A stretch of DNA of 64,000 bases from a virus: positions 32,001 to 96,000 of the IMG/VR virus record IMGVR_UViG_3300045988_135716; one strand, written 5' to 3'. Position numbers and translations under genes: made by a program. Each line of letters begins with the position of its first letter. The stretch's first letter is position 1. Positions 9,695 through 19,257 of this stretch are shown here, one piece after another. The notes under the pieces were generated by a model. It saw nothing but the letters and a program-made list of their open reading frames with translations. It was not told the origin of the DNA and searched no databases.

Positions 9695-9725
9695 TCTTAC
9701 AAACAACACTAATACATAGAAAGAA
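9695..9725 (+). repeat. conserved ~30-nt element copy A (TCTTACAAACAACACTAATACATAGAAAGAA)
   Basis: Near-identical to 23761-23790; core shared with 34467-34490. Confidence 0.7.
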
Positions 9726-9739
9726 TGAGGGAAAGAATT

Positions 9740-10126
9740 ATGATGAATTATAATTATTTAGAAGCAATTACAGAGGATGTAAAAGAATATATTAAGAATG
9801 AGATTAATTTCTCTGAATATGAGGATATGGACGAATTAAAAGAATTTTTAAATGACGATTTATGGACGGAAGATAGCGTAACAGGAAACGGAAGTGGAAG
9901 TTATACATTTAATCGTGCAACTGCTAAAGAATATGTTGACGAAAATAAAGATCTTGTTAATGAAATGATGGAAGAATTTGATTGCAAAGAAAAGGTGGCT
10001 AATTGGTGGATAGAAGATAACTATGAAGCTATTGACGTTTCAATCAGATGCTATCTTTTAGGACAGGCAATAGATAAAGCATTAGATGATTTTACAGAAG
10101 AATTTGAGAAAGCACATGAAGCGTAA
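9740..10126 (+). CDS. hypothetical acidic protein
   Basis: ORF; GAGGGAAAG SD before ATG 9740. Confidence 0.5.
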   Translation: MMNYNYLEAITEDVKEYIKNEINFSEYEDMDELKEFLNDDLWTEDSVTGNGSGSYTFNRATAKEYVDENKDLVNEMMEEFDCKEKVANWWIEDNYEAIDVSIRCYLLGQAIDKALDDFTEEFEKAHEA

Positions 10127-10150
10127 ACACACTTTATAATCACTAAATAG

Positions 10151-10185
10151 GGCATGAATGGAAATTATATCATTCGTGCCTTTTA
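10151..10185 (+). terminator. rho-independent terminator
   Basis: GGCATGAATG / CATTCGTGCC stem (one G:U) then TTTTA. Confidence 0.6.
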
Positions 10186-10232
10186 TAGTGCTTATAATGG
10201 CAAATAACACAACAAGAAAGAGGGAAACTACT

Positions 10233-10388
10233 ATGGAAAAGATTTATGGAACAAGAGCCTACTGGAAAGCAGTATTTAAACAGGAAAGAAAGCAGAAAAT
10301 CAAGAAAGTACTTACATATATTTGCGCATTCTTCTTATTTACAATGCCTGTTTGGATGTTTTTAGACTACATTGCAAAAGGATATTAA
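10233..10388 (+). CDS. small membrane protein
   Basis: Start moved downstream of terminator; AGAGGGA SD; hydrophobic C-terminal helix (YICAFFLFTMPVWMFL). Confidence 0.4.
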   Translation: MEKIYGTRAYWKAVFKQERKQKIKKVLTYICAFFLFTMPVWMFLDYIAKGY

Positions 10389-10419
10389 TTATATATATAT
10401 AAGAAAGGTGAAAACAATT

Positions 10420-10815
10420 ATGAAGAACAGAGTTAAAAAGATATTACTTGCTACACTTGCAACCTTAACAGTTATTGGAAACACAACAAGCGCACCTGTA
10501 CAGGCTACAGAATATACGGAAGTGGTAAAAGCTGTACCTATCACAAAAGTTATTGATTGTAATGACTTAACAGAGGAAATGCTTACAACAAGAGCAGAGC
10601 GCAACGTTATGTATATAGAACGCATTATCGGAAAAGTAACTGATAATGCTAAGAATGGAAAAGTACTCAATCCGCCTGTCGATGGTGGCTACTACATCTC
10701 ATACGCAAGCGTAGAGGATGCAAGAAAAGGAGATACAATCATTACTTATTGCGTTTATAATCCCTATTCAAATTGGGATGATGATGTTATAGAACGTTGG
10801 GACTTTATACAGTGA
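10420..10815 (+). CDS. secreted protein with signal peptide
   Basis: MKNRVKKILLATLATLTVIGNTTSAPVQA signal-like N-terminus; AAAGGTG SD. Confidence 0.5.
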   Translation: MKNRVKKILLATLATLTVIGNTTSAPVQATEYTEVVKAVPITKVIDCNDLTEEMLTTRAERNVMYIERIIGKVTDNAKNGKVLNPPVDGGYYISYASVEDARKGDTIITYCVYNPYSNWDDDVIERWDFIQ

Positions 10816-10828
10816 GGAAGGTGGAAAC

Positions 10829-11014
10829 ATGAAAGAAGTAAAATACAACTACCATCACACGGCAAGCGACAGGGGATATATTCCAGTAGGGAAAGAAATT
10901 AAAGAACCTTACAAGGGCAGATATGGAAGAGGGTACATCATAAAGCGTAACAACCCACGCTCAAATAGGTTTTATCTCAAAGATTATTATATCAGACAGG
11001 AGGTGGAAAGATGA
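10829..11014 (+). CDS. hypothetical basic protein
   Basis: ORF with GGAAGGTGG SD. Confidence 0.45.
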   Translation: MKEVKYNYHHTASDRGYIPVGKEIKEPYKGRYGRGYIIKRNNPRSNRFYLKDYYIRQEVER

Positions 11015-11157
11015 AGAAATATTATGTAATGTTCTATAACGGAAATGAAAAAGTATGTGGAACGTGGAAACAAGCTTGCTTATTTGCGGAAATTACATTG
11101 ATATGTAAATATCCGAATGTAAGATATACAAGTTGTAATGTGGTAAATGTGGCATAA
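11011..11157 (+). CDS. hypothetical 48-aa protein
   Basis: ATG overlapping previous stop (ATGA); AGGAGGTGG SD. Confidence 0.4.
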   Translation: MKKYYVMFYNGNEKVCGTWKQACLFAEITLICKYPNVRYTSCNVVNVA

Positions 11158-11195
11158 AGAATAGATAAAAGTACAATTTCATGGAGGGAAACAGA

Positions 11196-11437
11196 ATGGA
11201 TATATTATTTAGAAAAGACAGAAAAACAAATGAAGTGGTAGCATTTATTCCAGAATCAACAGTATGCATATCGGACAGCATAGCGAAGCAAGTTTACAGT
11301 ATTATTGGGAAACGGTAAAAGCTACAGAGGAAGAATATAAACCACTGTTAAAGGAATTAAAAAGCATTTATGCTGATGAAGCACTTGTTATTAAGAAGCG
11401 TTTAAACATGGATAAATTAAGAAGTATATGGAGATAA
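11196..11437 (+). CDS. hypothetical protein, apparently frame-disrupted (11196-11318 plus 11264-11437)
   Basis: SD (GGAGGG) only before 11196; second, overlapping frame reads MHIGQHSEASLQYYWETVKATEEEYKPLLKEL...; one missing nt near 11262 would fuse them. Confidence 0.4.
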
Positions 11438-11450
11438 AGGGGAAAATATT

Positions 11451-11693
11451 ATGTTTATAATTAAAGATAAGAAAAACAAAACTATTACATATGATGAAGG
11501 GGATGCATACGCATATAAAAAAGTTGTGTATGGATGTTATTCATCAGAAGCAGATGCAACCTTTATCATGGCGGATATAATTGAAAAGGAAACAGGTTCT
11601 TGTATAAGTACAGAAGTAACAGGCTTTTATTTTGGTGAGCCTGACTTTGAATATACCGAAAAATATCAGAACACACGAAAAACGGAATTTTAG
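11451..11693 (+). CDS. hypothetical protein
   Basis: ORF with AAGGGGA SD. Confidence 0.5.
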   Translation: MFIIKDKKNKTITYDEGDAYAYKKVVYGCYSSEADATFIMADIIEKETGSCISTEVTGFYFGEPDFEYTEKYQNTRKTEF

Positions 11694-11705
11694 GAAATAA
11701 AAACC

Positions 11706-11948
11706 ATGACAAATACAGAGAAAGTAAAAGCGGAAAAGATTCTTGATGAAGCTATCAGAAAACACAAGAACGCAATTGACGATTGGAAAGCATATGAGCG
11801 TTGCAAGAAAGAAAATGATCTGGTATCAGCAGAAACATATTTGCGGAAATTTCAGGACGGAATAAGTTATGCGGAAGGCATTTATAACGCATTGGTTACT
11901 ATTGGTTTTACACATCCCAAAATGAAAGAATTTTCGGATATGTTATAA
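11706..11948 (+). CDS. hypothetical protein
   Basis: ORF in plus-strand train. Confidence 0.5.
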   Translation: MTNTEKVKAEKILDEAIRKHKNAIDDWKAYERCKKENDLVSAETYLRKFQDGISYAEGIYNALVTIGFTHPKMKEFSDML

Positions 11949-11983
11949 ATGAAATTCACATTTCAGACAGGAGGTAAACTGGT

Positions 11984-12340
11984 ATGGATAAGTTTGTAGA
12001 ATTAAAAATTTGTAACTATATTGATGATACTTTGGATGTAGAAAGAGAAGTAAGATTTAAAATTACAAAAGAATGTTTACAAGATTATTTAATAGAAACA
12101 GAAGACGGCAGAACAATTAATAAATTTTTGGAAACATACAATAGTGATGAATCAAGTATTATTTATGAATATGCGAGTGATGATGGGAGAATTGTATCAG
12201 AAGAAATTACATATTGTGATGATTTTAATGAACAGTACAAAGATTTTATTAGAAGAACACAAATGTTTAATCCTGATATGACTCCAGAAGAAATAGCAAC
12301 AAAAGAAGATTATTATTGGCAATGTTGGAAAGTTCATTAA
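11984..12340 (+). CDS. hypothetical acidic protein
   Basis: ORF with AGGAGG SD preceded by TGAAA-N6-TTTCA element. Confidence 0.5.
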   Translation: MDKFVELKICNYIDDTLDVEREVRFKITKECLQDYLIETEDGRTINKFLETYNSDESSIIYEYASDDGRIVSEEITYCDDFNEQYKDFIRRTQMFNPDMTPEEIATKEDYYWQCWKVH

Positions 12341-12361
12341 ACCACAAGGGAGGAAATAAAC

Positions 12362-12544
12362 ATGAATAGTTCAGAATTAGCAAGAAAGATTATCGACTGT
12401 CTTTCCGATGGCTATGACGATGAAGAAAACAGAGAAGAAGCGGAAACAGAACTATACAATGAGTTATCACAACTTAACGGAAATAGTGTGGTGAAAGCTG
12501 CTCTTTTAAGATTGTGCGAAACAATAGAAGAATTAATAGAATGA
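12362..12544 (+). CDS. hypothetical acidic protein
   Basis: ORF with GGGAGG SD. Confidence 0.5.
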   Translation: MNSSELARKIIDCLSDGYDDEENREEAETELYNELSQLNGNSVVKAALLRLCETIEELIE

Positions 12545-12560
12545 ACAGGAGAAAAGAAAA

Positions 12561-12770
12561 ATGGAATGGATCAACAAATTTAATGAAATGTTAGAAGAAA
12601 ATCCGTATACAAACGGAAACAGAGTAACAGTGACATATTCAGAAGAATCGGAAAGCGTGTTTGTTACCGTAAACGGAAAGACTTCTATTGTTATGTGGGA
12701 AGGTTTAACAGAATATGGTTTGATGATGAAGATCATGAGAACAATTGACCGCTTATACAACAATGTTTGA
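12561..12770 (+). CDS. hypothetical protein
   Basis: ORF with AGGAG SD. Confidence 0.5.
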   Translation: MEWINKFNEMLEENPYTNGNRVTVTYSEESESVFVTVNGKTSIVMWEGLTEYGLMMKIMRTIDRLYNNV

Positions 12771-12822
12771 CCGTTGATAGGCATACGGAAAATAGTTCTG
12801 TATGCCGATTGAACGGTCAAAC
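12765..12822 (+). other. two-tier hairpin (terminator-like, no U-tract)
   Basis: Outer 11-bp stem GTTTGACCGTT/AACGGTCAAAC (12765-12775 / 12812-12822), inner 7-bp stem GGCATAC/GTATGCC (12780-12786 / 12800-12806). Confidence 0.6.
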
Positions 12823-12855
12823 AGAACACTATATAATAAGGAAGGAATTGATAAC

Positions 12856-13092
12856 ATGAAATTAATTGCAATGGCGGTAAAAGGAAAAGAATACTTGCAT
12901 TCCAGACAGAATGCTTTCTTTGTGTCTGATAGAAGTGCAAAGAAAATTTGTGAAGTAATGAATAATGTAAAATTTAGAATCAAAAATGATTCGGAAACAT
13001 GGTACATTTATGACTATGATTTTACGCAAGAAAGTTATGTCACTGGAAAATTAACTATTTACAAGGGCATTGTAAAGTTAAAAGCATTATAG
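12856..13092 (+). CDS. hypothetical protein
   Basis: AAGGAAGG SD before ATG 12856; upstream part of track ORF lies inside the hairpin. Confidence 0.5.
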   Translation: MKLIAMAVKGKEYLHSRQNAFFVSDRSAKKICEVMNNVKFRIKNDSETWYIYDYDFTQESYVTGKLTIYKGIVKLKAL

Positions 13093-13119
13093 AGAAGAAT
13101 ATACGGAGGTATACAGAAC

Positions 13120-13374
13120 ATGGAAAATTTAATAATAAGAGTTAAGGCAAATAAAGATGGACATTATAAAACAATTGATTTAATGGAGTGTATAAAGAAA
13201 AATTTTAATGATGTTATATTCCCTAACAAACCATTATACGAAACTTGTTTAGCTGATTTGTCATTAGACAATGGGAAAATGTGTACATATTCATTTTCTA
13301 GTGGTGTAATAGGAACATGGGATAATGATTTAGGAGAATACATGGAAAGAGATTTTGTTTTGTGCTTTTCATAA
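13120..13374 (+). CDS. hypothetical protein
   Basis: ORF with GGAGG SD. Confidence 0.5.
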   Translation: MENLIIRVKANKDGHYKTIDLMECIKKNFNDVIFPNKPLYETCLADLSLDNGKMCTYSFSSGVIGTWDNDLGEYMERDFVLCFS

Positions 13375-13401
13375 AATGTAACAGAATAACAGAGAATACC
13401 A

Positions 13402-13435
13402 AAAGGAAACTAATTCAATTTAGTTTCCTTTTTTA
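13402..13435 (+). terminator. rho-independent terminator
   Basis: Perfect 11-bp stem AAAGGAAACTA/TAGTTTCCTTT followed by T-run. Confidence 0.8.
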
Positions 13436-13462
13436 ATTGGAAAATTTTGGAGGTATAAGAAC

Positions 13463-13972
13463 ATGATTAACAGAGAATGGTTAGAACTGATTGAACAGAA
13501 TAAAGAAAGAATTATCAGCAAAGGAATCGAAGCATATAAAGAATCTTTAGAAAATAAAAACTTGCGTTACATTGTGGAAATGGACGAAAACGGAATTATA
13601 ACAATGTGGTATGACGTAGCCGGTGGAAACAGTTTCCATATGTCTACATATAACGGAAAGTCGATAGAACTAATTCACTTCTGTATGCGGAATTGGATTG
13701 ACGATCCTATCCCTGATAGCGATATAGAACAGAAATTACAGGAACGTGGTTTATACAAGTGTTACCTTAAAGAAAGAGAATCGCAAGAAGTAGAGGACTG
13801 GGAAACAGCGGAAATTGTTATTATTAACAGTACAGATGAACAATTACATAATATTCTTGAAGAATGCCGACAGGAAAGAAAACAGTTCTACGTGGACGAA
13901 TACGCAAGAACAGAAGCAGAGAATCAGTTGGAAAATTTAAAGAACGTATTAGACAGCTTCACTTGTTTATAA
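13463..13972 (+). CDS. hypothetical protein
   Basis: ORF with GGAGG SD. Confidence 0.5.
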   Translation: MINREWLELIEQNKERIISKGIEAYKESLENKNLRYIVEMDENGIITMWYDVAGGNSFHMSTYNGKSIELIHFCMRNWIDDPIPDSDIEQKLQERGLYKCYLKERESQEVEDWETAEIVIINSTDEQLHNILEECRQERKQFYVDEYARTEAENQLENLKNVLDSFTCL

Positions 13973-14023
13973 ATAAAGAAAATCAATACATATAATAAAA
14001 CATACATAAAGGAGATTAAAACA

Positions 14024-15202
14024 ATGATGGAATTTAAAATTACTATGAAGGAAATGAAAGATGTTGTTAAAAAGATTGAAAAGTCAGTAATGAAGAAAGC
14101 TGCACTTTCAATCCTGGAAACGGTACTTGTTAAACAGGAAAATGGTCAACTTGCATTTATCGCAAGTAACACGGAAGAAGAATTACATATTTATAAAAAT
14201 GTTCTTGTTACTGGAAATGATTCTTTCTGTATTGCGCTAGATAACTTAAAAAAGATCGTAAAACTTAAAGCTGATGTTATCACTATTACATACGATTCAG
14301 AAGATAAGAAAATATTAGTTAGCACTGGAAAGAAGATCGTATCATTTGTTTCAGAATGGGATATAACATCTTTTCCGTTGATGTATATTAAAGAACCAGA
14401 AGAAACATGGTTTATTTCAAGGTATACAAGTTTTTATGAAATGATGGAAAAATTATCAGTATATCTTGAAGATGCAGACGAGAATTACAAAGCAATGACT
14501 TGTTATAATTTCAATATTGCAAAGAATAGAATTGTTGCACTTGATGGTCATAGAATGGGAGTGTGTAACCCGTCCGAAAATATCGGAAAATTTAATAACG
14601 ATTCAGAATTGAAAGAAATCAATTTAAAGCGTACTTTCTGGATTAAATTAAAAAATTGTATTGCGAAAGAAGTTAATGGTGAACAGAACACTATATCTAT
14701 GGCAAGTGCGGAAAATAAAACATATATCACTGGAAATGATTTTATGATGATTGTTAGAAATGTTGATGTAATGTATTTTAACGTTGATGGAATGATTTTG
14801 AATGAGTTAGATTTAATGATGGTTAATGTAAGTACAAAAGAACTCAAAGAATCAGCAGAATATAATGTTACTTTATATGATAAGGATCATAGAAAGCCAA
14901 TGTATATGGAGTTTATCGGAAATTATGTAATGTCTTATATGAAGTCACAGACAGAAGAATCATTTGATAGAATTACATTAATGGAAAATGGTGTAAATGA
15001 TGGCTTTATGATCGGATTTAATCCACGATTTATAAAAGATTTATGCAATGGAATTGATACAGAATTTGCGAGAATGGGTTTTCGTAATGCTAAATCTCCT
15101 GTTATGGCATACGATGGAGATTTTACCTATCTTGTATTACCTGTTAATATCAACGAATGTGATGTATCAGAAAGAATTGATAAATTGATGAAAGCTGCAT
15201 AA
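14024..15202 (+). CDS. DNA polymerase III beta sliding-clamp-like protein
   Basis: 392 aa; N-terminus aligns to DnaN pattern (F.I....L...V..V......ILE.VL......L.F.A....E....); C-terminal YLVLPV like the DnaN tail. Confidence 0.6.
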   Translation: MMEFKITMKEMKDVVKKIEKSVMKKAALSILETVLVKQENGQLAFIASNTEEELHIYKNVLVTGNDSFCIALDNLKKIVKLKADVITITYDSEDKKILVSTGKKIVSFVSEWDITSFPLMYIKEPEETWFISRYTSFYEMMEKLSVYLEDADENYKAMTCYNFNIAKNRIVALDGHRMGVCNPSENIGKFNNDSELKEINLKRTFWIKLKNCIAKEVNGEQNTISMASAENKTYITGNDFMMIVRNVDVMYFNVDGMILNELDLMMVNVSTKELKESAEYNVTLYDKDHRKPMYMEFIGNYVMSYMKSQTEESFDRITLMENGVNDGFMIGFNPRFIKDLCNGIDTEFARMGFRNAKSPVMAYDGDFTYLVLPVNINECDVSERIDKLMKAA

Positions 15203-15224
15203 TGGAAGAATGGAGGAAATAGTT

Positions 15225-15575
15225 ATGATTAAATTAAGTAATACAATAGCGGAAATTTTAGAAGATAATGGATTTAGCTATGATGAGGTTAAAGAACAGG
15301 ATGGAAAATATTACATAGAACTGAATAATGACACACCAGAGGGAGAAGATTGGTGGTTGACTGTATGGTTTGATGGAACGGATAAAAGTTTTGTTGATGC
15401 CGTAGAAGAAATTATAACTGATTTTGATGTAGATGAAGAAGTGGAAATATTGATACCATCAAGAGGGCAAAATGGTGTACCGTCCAGTATTTCAGCATTG
15501 GTACACGATGCAGAATGGAAATTAGAACAATTAGAATCATTGTTATCTGATTTACAAAGAGGGAAAGTCGCATAA
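15225..15575 (+). CDS. hypothetical acidic protein
   Basis: GGAGG SD before ATG 15225. Confidence 0.5.
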   Translation: MIKLSNTIAEILEDNGFSYDEVKEQDGKYYIELNNDTPEGEDWWLTVWFDGTDKSFVDAVEEIITDFDVDEEVEILIPSRGQNGVPSSISALVHDAEWKLEQLESLLSDLQRGKVA

Positions 15576-15598
15576 TTAACGATGAAATGTATCTTTTA

Positions 15599-15636
15599 TA
15601 GCCTTGTAGAGAATAAATCTATAAGGCTAATTTTAT
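15599..15636 (+). terminator. rho-independent terminator
   Basis: TAGCCTT/AAGGCTA stem followed by ATTTTAT. Confidence 0.55.
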
Positions 15637-15750
15637 ACTTAGAACAGGATTAAAGGAGAAGATTAAAATGTACGAGTTAGGTTATTGTTTGGGAATTGGA
15701 CTTACAATACTTATTATAGTAGCAATACTGAGTTGATGGAGGATATACAT

Positions 15751-16011
15751 ATGCAGAATTTAGCAAGCTTCATAGAGTATACAGATGGAAATAAACAGAA
15801 TACACACGTTTTTATGAGAATGCAGATGGATAACGGAAAAATAGAAGAGATTGATCTGTTTGCGAATGATAAAGTAAGAAAATACAAAACACGCCTGGAT
15901 GATAGTATAAGAGAAGGCGGAAAAGGTTCAGTTGCTAAAAAGAAAATGAGGATAGAATTGATAAACGCATTTGAAGCATTATTGAAAGCATCAGGATTAC
16001 ATATAGCATGA
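15751..16011 (+). CDS. hypothetical protein
   Basis: GGAGGA SD before ATG 15751. Confidence 0.45.
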   Translation: MQNLASFIEYTDGNKQNTHVFMRMQMDNGKIEEIDLFANDKVRKYKTRLDDSIREGGKGSVAKKKMRIELINAFEALLKASGLHIA

Positions 16012-16095
16012 TTCGTTTGTAGTTAGTAGTTGCTAGAATGGAAATTTTAGTAACTACGATAGTGCTTATGAACATAAAAATAATGAAAATAGATG

Positions 16096-16124
16096 TTGAC
16101 AAGTACCTGTTAAAATGATAATAT
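16096..16124 (+). promoter_or_regulatory. sigma-A-type promoter
   Basis: TTGACA (16096-16101), 17 nt, TAATAT (16119-16124), then TATAAT overlap; 24 nt upstream of RHH gene. Confidence 0.65.
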
Positions 16125-16147
16125 AATAGACGTAAGGAGGAAATCCA

Positions 16148-16303
16148 ATGGCGAAACCTAAGCAGAATGGAATAAGAAAGTCTGTTTATATTTCAAAAGA
16201 ATTGGAGGAATCATTGGAAAGAGAAGCACAAGAAAAGGGGACAAATTTTTCTAATCTCATAAGAATGATTCTTGTAGAACGGGAGAAAGATAAGCAGAAA
16301 TAG
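16148..16303 (+). CDS. ribbon-helix-helix (CopG-like) regulator, 51 aa
   Basis: MAKPKQNGIRKSVYISKELEESLEREAQEKGTNFSNLIRMILVE: beta-strand/helix/helix RHH pattern; AAGGAGG SD. Confidence 0.6.
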   Translation: MAKPKQNGIRKSVYISKELEESLEREAQEKGTNFSNLIRMILVEREKDKQK

Positions 16304-16488
16304 AAATGGTGGTTCACAGCCTGAGAAACTAGAAACCACCATTAACCGCCATCAGCATGGAAAACCATTAACTGATTGACTTATCTATTATATATCATTT
16401 CAACACGATTAGTCAATCAGAAAATTTCCAATATTTTACAAATGCACATTGAGAACTAAATAATATGCAAGTACAGGAGGAATCAATT

Positions 16489-17226
16489 ATGGTAGAAACA
16501 AAGAAAATTCCATTTGAAGGTAGTGAACTGTTAGGAATCAAAGATGATTCTGGAAAATTATGGTTGGCAATCAGAAATGTTTGTTATGACTTAGGGTTTT
16601 CGGATGGTCAGACTAGGAGACAGGTTGAAAATGCAAGAAAAGATATCGTGCTTTCAAAAGGAATCGCAATTTTGCGTTACCCTTCCAAAGGTGGAGAACA
16701 GGAAACATTATGTGTCGTTGAAGATTATGTTACACTATGGCTTGCTAAAATTTCTCTTACTCCTACTATGAGAAGGAATAATCCAGAAGGTGTACAAAAA
16801 CTTGTTTTATATCAGTTAAAAGCTGCTAAAACACTTCACGAGGCATTTTTCGGAACAGAAGAACAGAAACAAGAATTTTTTAATGATTTAGGACTTACAG
16901 GACGTATTGAAGGAATGCAAGTTCAAATTAACGCAATGGAAGATCTTCTCGGAGAACAGACAGAAATGCTCAACAAGATGGTGGAAAATATGACGTTATC
17001 CACTAGACAGCAACAGAAGTTATATAAAGCAGCGAAAGACAGAATCAATAAACTTCTGGATGGAGCGCATGGGACTAAATACAAATGCTATTCCAAAAGC
17101 TATTTTATCAATATGTGGAATGAATTAAAGGAAAGGTTTGGATGTAGTTCTTATAAGGATTTAAACCCTATGTATTACAATGAAGCGTTTGACTTTATCG
17201 CAGAATGGGAATATACAGAACGATAA
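16489..17226 (+). CDS. phage antirepressor-like protein (Bro-N / P22 Ant N-terminal-like)
   Basis: IPFEGSELLGIKDDSGKLWLAIRNVCYDLGFS... resembles antirepressor N-domains; AGGAGG SD before ATG 16489. Confidence 0.5.
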   Translation: MVETKKIPFEGSELLGIKDDSGKLWLAIRNVCYDLGFSDGQTRRQVENARKDIVLSKGIAILRYPSKGGEQETLCVVEDYVTLWLAKISLTPTMRRNNPEGVQKLVLYQLKAAKTLHEAFFGTEEQKQEFFNDLGLTGRIEGMQVQINAMEDLLGEQTEMLNKMVENMTLSTRQQQKLYKAAKDRINKLLDGAHGTKYKCYSKSYFINMWNELKERFGCSSYKDLNPMYYNEAFDFIAEWEYTER

Positions 17227-17238
17227 TATTACATACTT

Positions 17239-17274
17239 ACAGGTGGTACTTGATATAGAGTGCCACCTGTTTTA
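17239..17274 (+). terminator. rho-independent terminator
   Basis: ACAGGTGG/CCACCTGT stem then TTT. Confidence 0.6.
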
Positions 17275-17323
17275 ATTAACAGAGAATTAACAGATGAAAG
17301 AGATATTTCAGAGAGGTGAAACT

Positions 17324-17629
17324 ATGATTATTAATAAGATGGAAAATGGAGTATGGACGAGTATTGATACAGAAAGAAATGAAGTGTTATGTACCATAGA
17401 ATCACTTGGAAATCATATCTATAAAGCTACAAATAGTTTTTTAAAAATAACCGCAGAAGTATTTCCTATTGATGAATATACAACTTCTGTTAAATGTATC
17501 GAAAATAAAAACAGAACTAAGAATGGGATATATAGAAAATCAAGGAAATTATTGGATTCTAATATGAAATGGTTGGTTTATATGTTAGAAGAATGTGGAT
17601 TTATTAGAAAACCAAAAACTATATCATAA
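17324..17629 (+). CDS. hypothetical protein
   Basis: GAGAGGTG SD before ATG 17324. Confidence 0.45.
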   Translation: MIINKMENGVWTSIDTERNEVLCTIESLGNHIYKATNSFLKITAEVFPIDEYTTSVKCIENKNRTKNGIYRKSRKLLDSNMKWLVYMLEECGFIRKPKTIS

Positions 17630-17664
17630 AAGAAGAGTTTTAGGTTAAAAATGGAGGAAGTAAT

Positions 17665-17892
17665 ATGAAAGAATTTAAGGAATTTGTATTAGATAAATGT
17701 AAAGAGTTGAATATTTCAGATACGGAAAACATTTATTTTTCTCAGACAAGAGATATGTATTATGCTAATTATAAATCGAATTATCCAGAAAAAACAAATG
17801 GGGACTTTACAATTTCACAGGAAGTTATATCTGGTAAAAGAAAAATGTATGGAAATTTTAATGCTTTGATTCCAACAATAATAGAATTGTAG
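17665..17892 (+). CDS. hypothetical protein
   Basis: ORF with GGAGG SD. Confidence 0.5.
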   Translation: MKEFKEFVLDKCKELNISDTENIYFSQTRDMYYANYKSNYPEKTNGDFTISQEVISGKRKMYGNFNALIPTIIEL

Positions 17893-17929
17893 CAATGAAA
17901 CAAGAGTTTCTTTAGATAAGGAGAAGATT

Positions 17930-18214
17930 ATGAAAATAAATTTTGATATTACTAAAATTGTGTTTACACCATACTGCAATAATTATGACTTTACATTAGG
18001 TATTACGAGAGATAATGAAGGTGATGAATGCTATTTAGGAATAGATATTCCATGCAAAGACGATGCAGAATGGAGATTTTGGTTGTTATTTGAAGATGAC
18101 AATGTTGCTTGGAATATTTCTAATGAAGATAAAGAGTACGTTAAGCAAGAAGCAATAAAGCATTGTTTATCTAATGGATATTCATACAATGGAAAATATT
18201 TTGAACAGAGATGA
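17930..18214 (+). CDS. hypothetical protein
   Basis: ORF with AAGGAG SD after TGAAAC-N4-GTTTC element. Confidence 0.5.
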   Translation: MKINFDITKIVFTPYCNNYDFTLGITRDNEGDECYLGIDIPCKDDAEWRFWLLFEDDNVAWNISNEDKEYVKQEAIKHCLSNGYSYNGKYFEQR

Positions 18215-18254
18215 TGAAACGATGATTTACTGACAGAAAGTGAGGAAAAATATT

Positions 18255-18464
18255 ATGAAGACGAATACATTAATGCCTGTTATTAAAGCAATATTAAATG
18301 ATGAAGAATTTTTATGTGGTGGAATTTTTACTAAAGAAAAACAATATGCGAAAAAATATGATTTGACAATGGAAGAAATAGGAAATATTCAGACCTGTTT
18401 ATATTATGCATTACATATCAAAGATGAATGTTATAACGAGAGAATTAATCATTTGTGTGATTGA
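18255..18464 (+). CDS. hypothetical protein
   Basis: GTGAGGA SD before ATG 18255. Confidence 0.45.
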   Translation: MKTNTLMPVIKAILNDEEFLCGGIFTKEKQYAKKYDLTMEEIGNIQTCLYYALHIKDECYNERINHLCD

Positions 18465-18477
18465 GAGGTGGGAAAAA

Positions 18478-18696
18478 ATGAAAGTATATATGTTGGATGA
18501 TTTTTGGATCGGAAGTTATTGTGTAACCTGTGTTGCAGAAACGAAAGAGAAATGTATTGAAGTTGCATGGAAGAAAATCGGAGAGATGTTTCCAGGATAT
18601 GTTGAACAGTACAAGAATTGTTCTGAATGGGTGGAAGATAATTGGATTGAAAATAAGGTTGAAAAAATTACATTAGGAGAATGTATTGTTAGATAA
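18478..18696 (+). CDS. hypothetical protein
   Basis: GAGAGGTGGG SD before ATG 18478. Confidence 0.45.
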   Translation: MKVYMLDDFWIGSYCVTCVAETKEKCIEVAWKKIGEMFPGYVEQYKNCSEWVEDNWIENKVEKITLGECIVR

Positions 18697-18710
18697 GGAA
18701 AGGATATGAT

Positions 18711-18863
18711 ATGAGAAGTATTTCAAGCGCAATAATTAGTTTGACTTGTTGGTATATACTTACAAATTACAATGACGAAAGAGATGGCGAGAGAGTATTT
18801 TTAGCTTTGATGTCATTTGTAATGTTAGTAGTAGCAATTATATTGATGATTTTAGGATTTTAA
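18711..18863 (+). CDS. small membrane protein (50 aa)
   Basis: AAGGAAAGGA SD; two hydrophobic segments. Confidence 0.4.
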   Translation: MRSISSAIISLTCWYILTNYNDERDGERVFLALMSFVMLVVAIILMILGF

Positions 18864-19054
18864 TGAAATAAAATTTTATAAAGGAAGTGTAAATAAGTTG
18901 TATGGATTTTTAGAAGAGAAATGGATTAAAGATGGCTGTCATATTGATGAAATGCCAGATTATGAAATGGAAGATAAAGAAAGATTAAAAGATGCGTTAC
19001 GTGCATTAGATAGAACACTTGACAATTTCAAAAATGGAAAGTGAGGAAAGAGAC

Positions 19055-19247
19055 ATGAAAGTAGCAGTAACATGGGAGATGTGCGGGGTACATTGATATT
19101 GAAGCTAACAACATGGAAGAAGCTATGAAAAAATTCCACAGTGAATCGGATCATATTAAGCTTCCTGAAGATGGTGTCTATGTCGATGGCAGCTTTCAGT
19201 TAACATCTGATGATGTAGAGGAAATGGAAGCTATGTCTGAATGGTAG
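19055..19247 (+). CDS. hypothetical protein, frame-disrupted at G4 run 19085-19088
   Basis: SD+ATG frame stops after 13 codons; the +1 frame continues IDIEANNMEEAMKKFHSESDHIKLPEDGVYVDGSFQL...; span is 193 nt (3n+1); GGGG->GGG restores one ORF. Confidence 0.5.
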
Positions 19248-19257
19248 GAGGAGACTT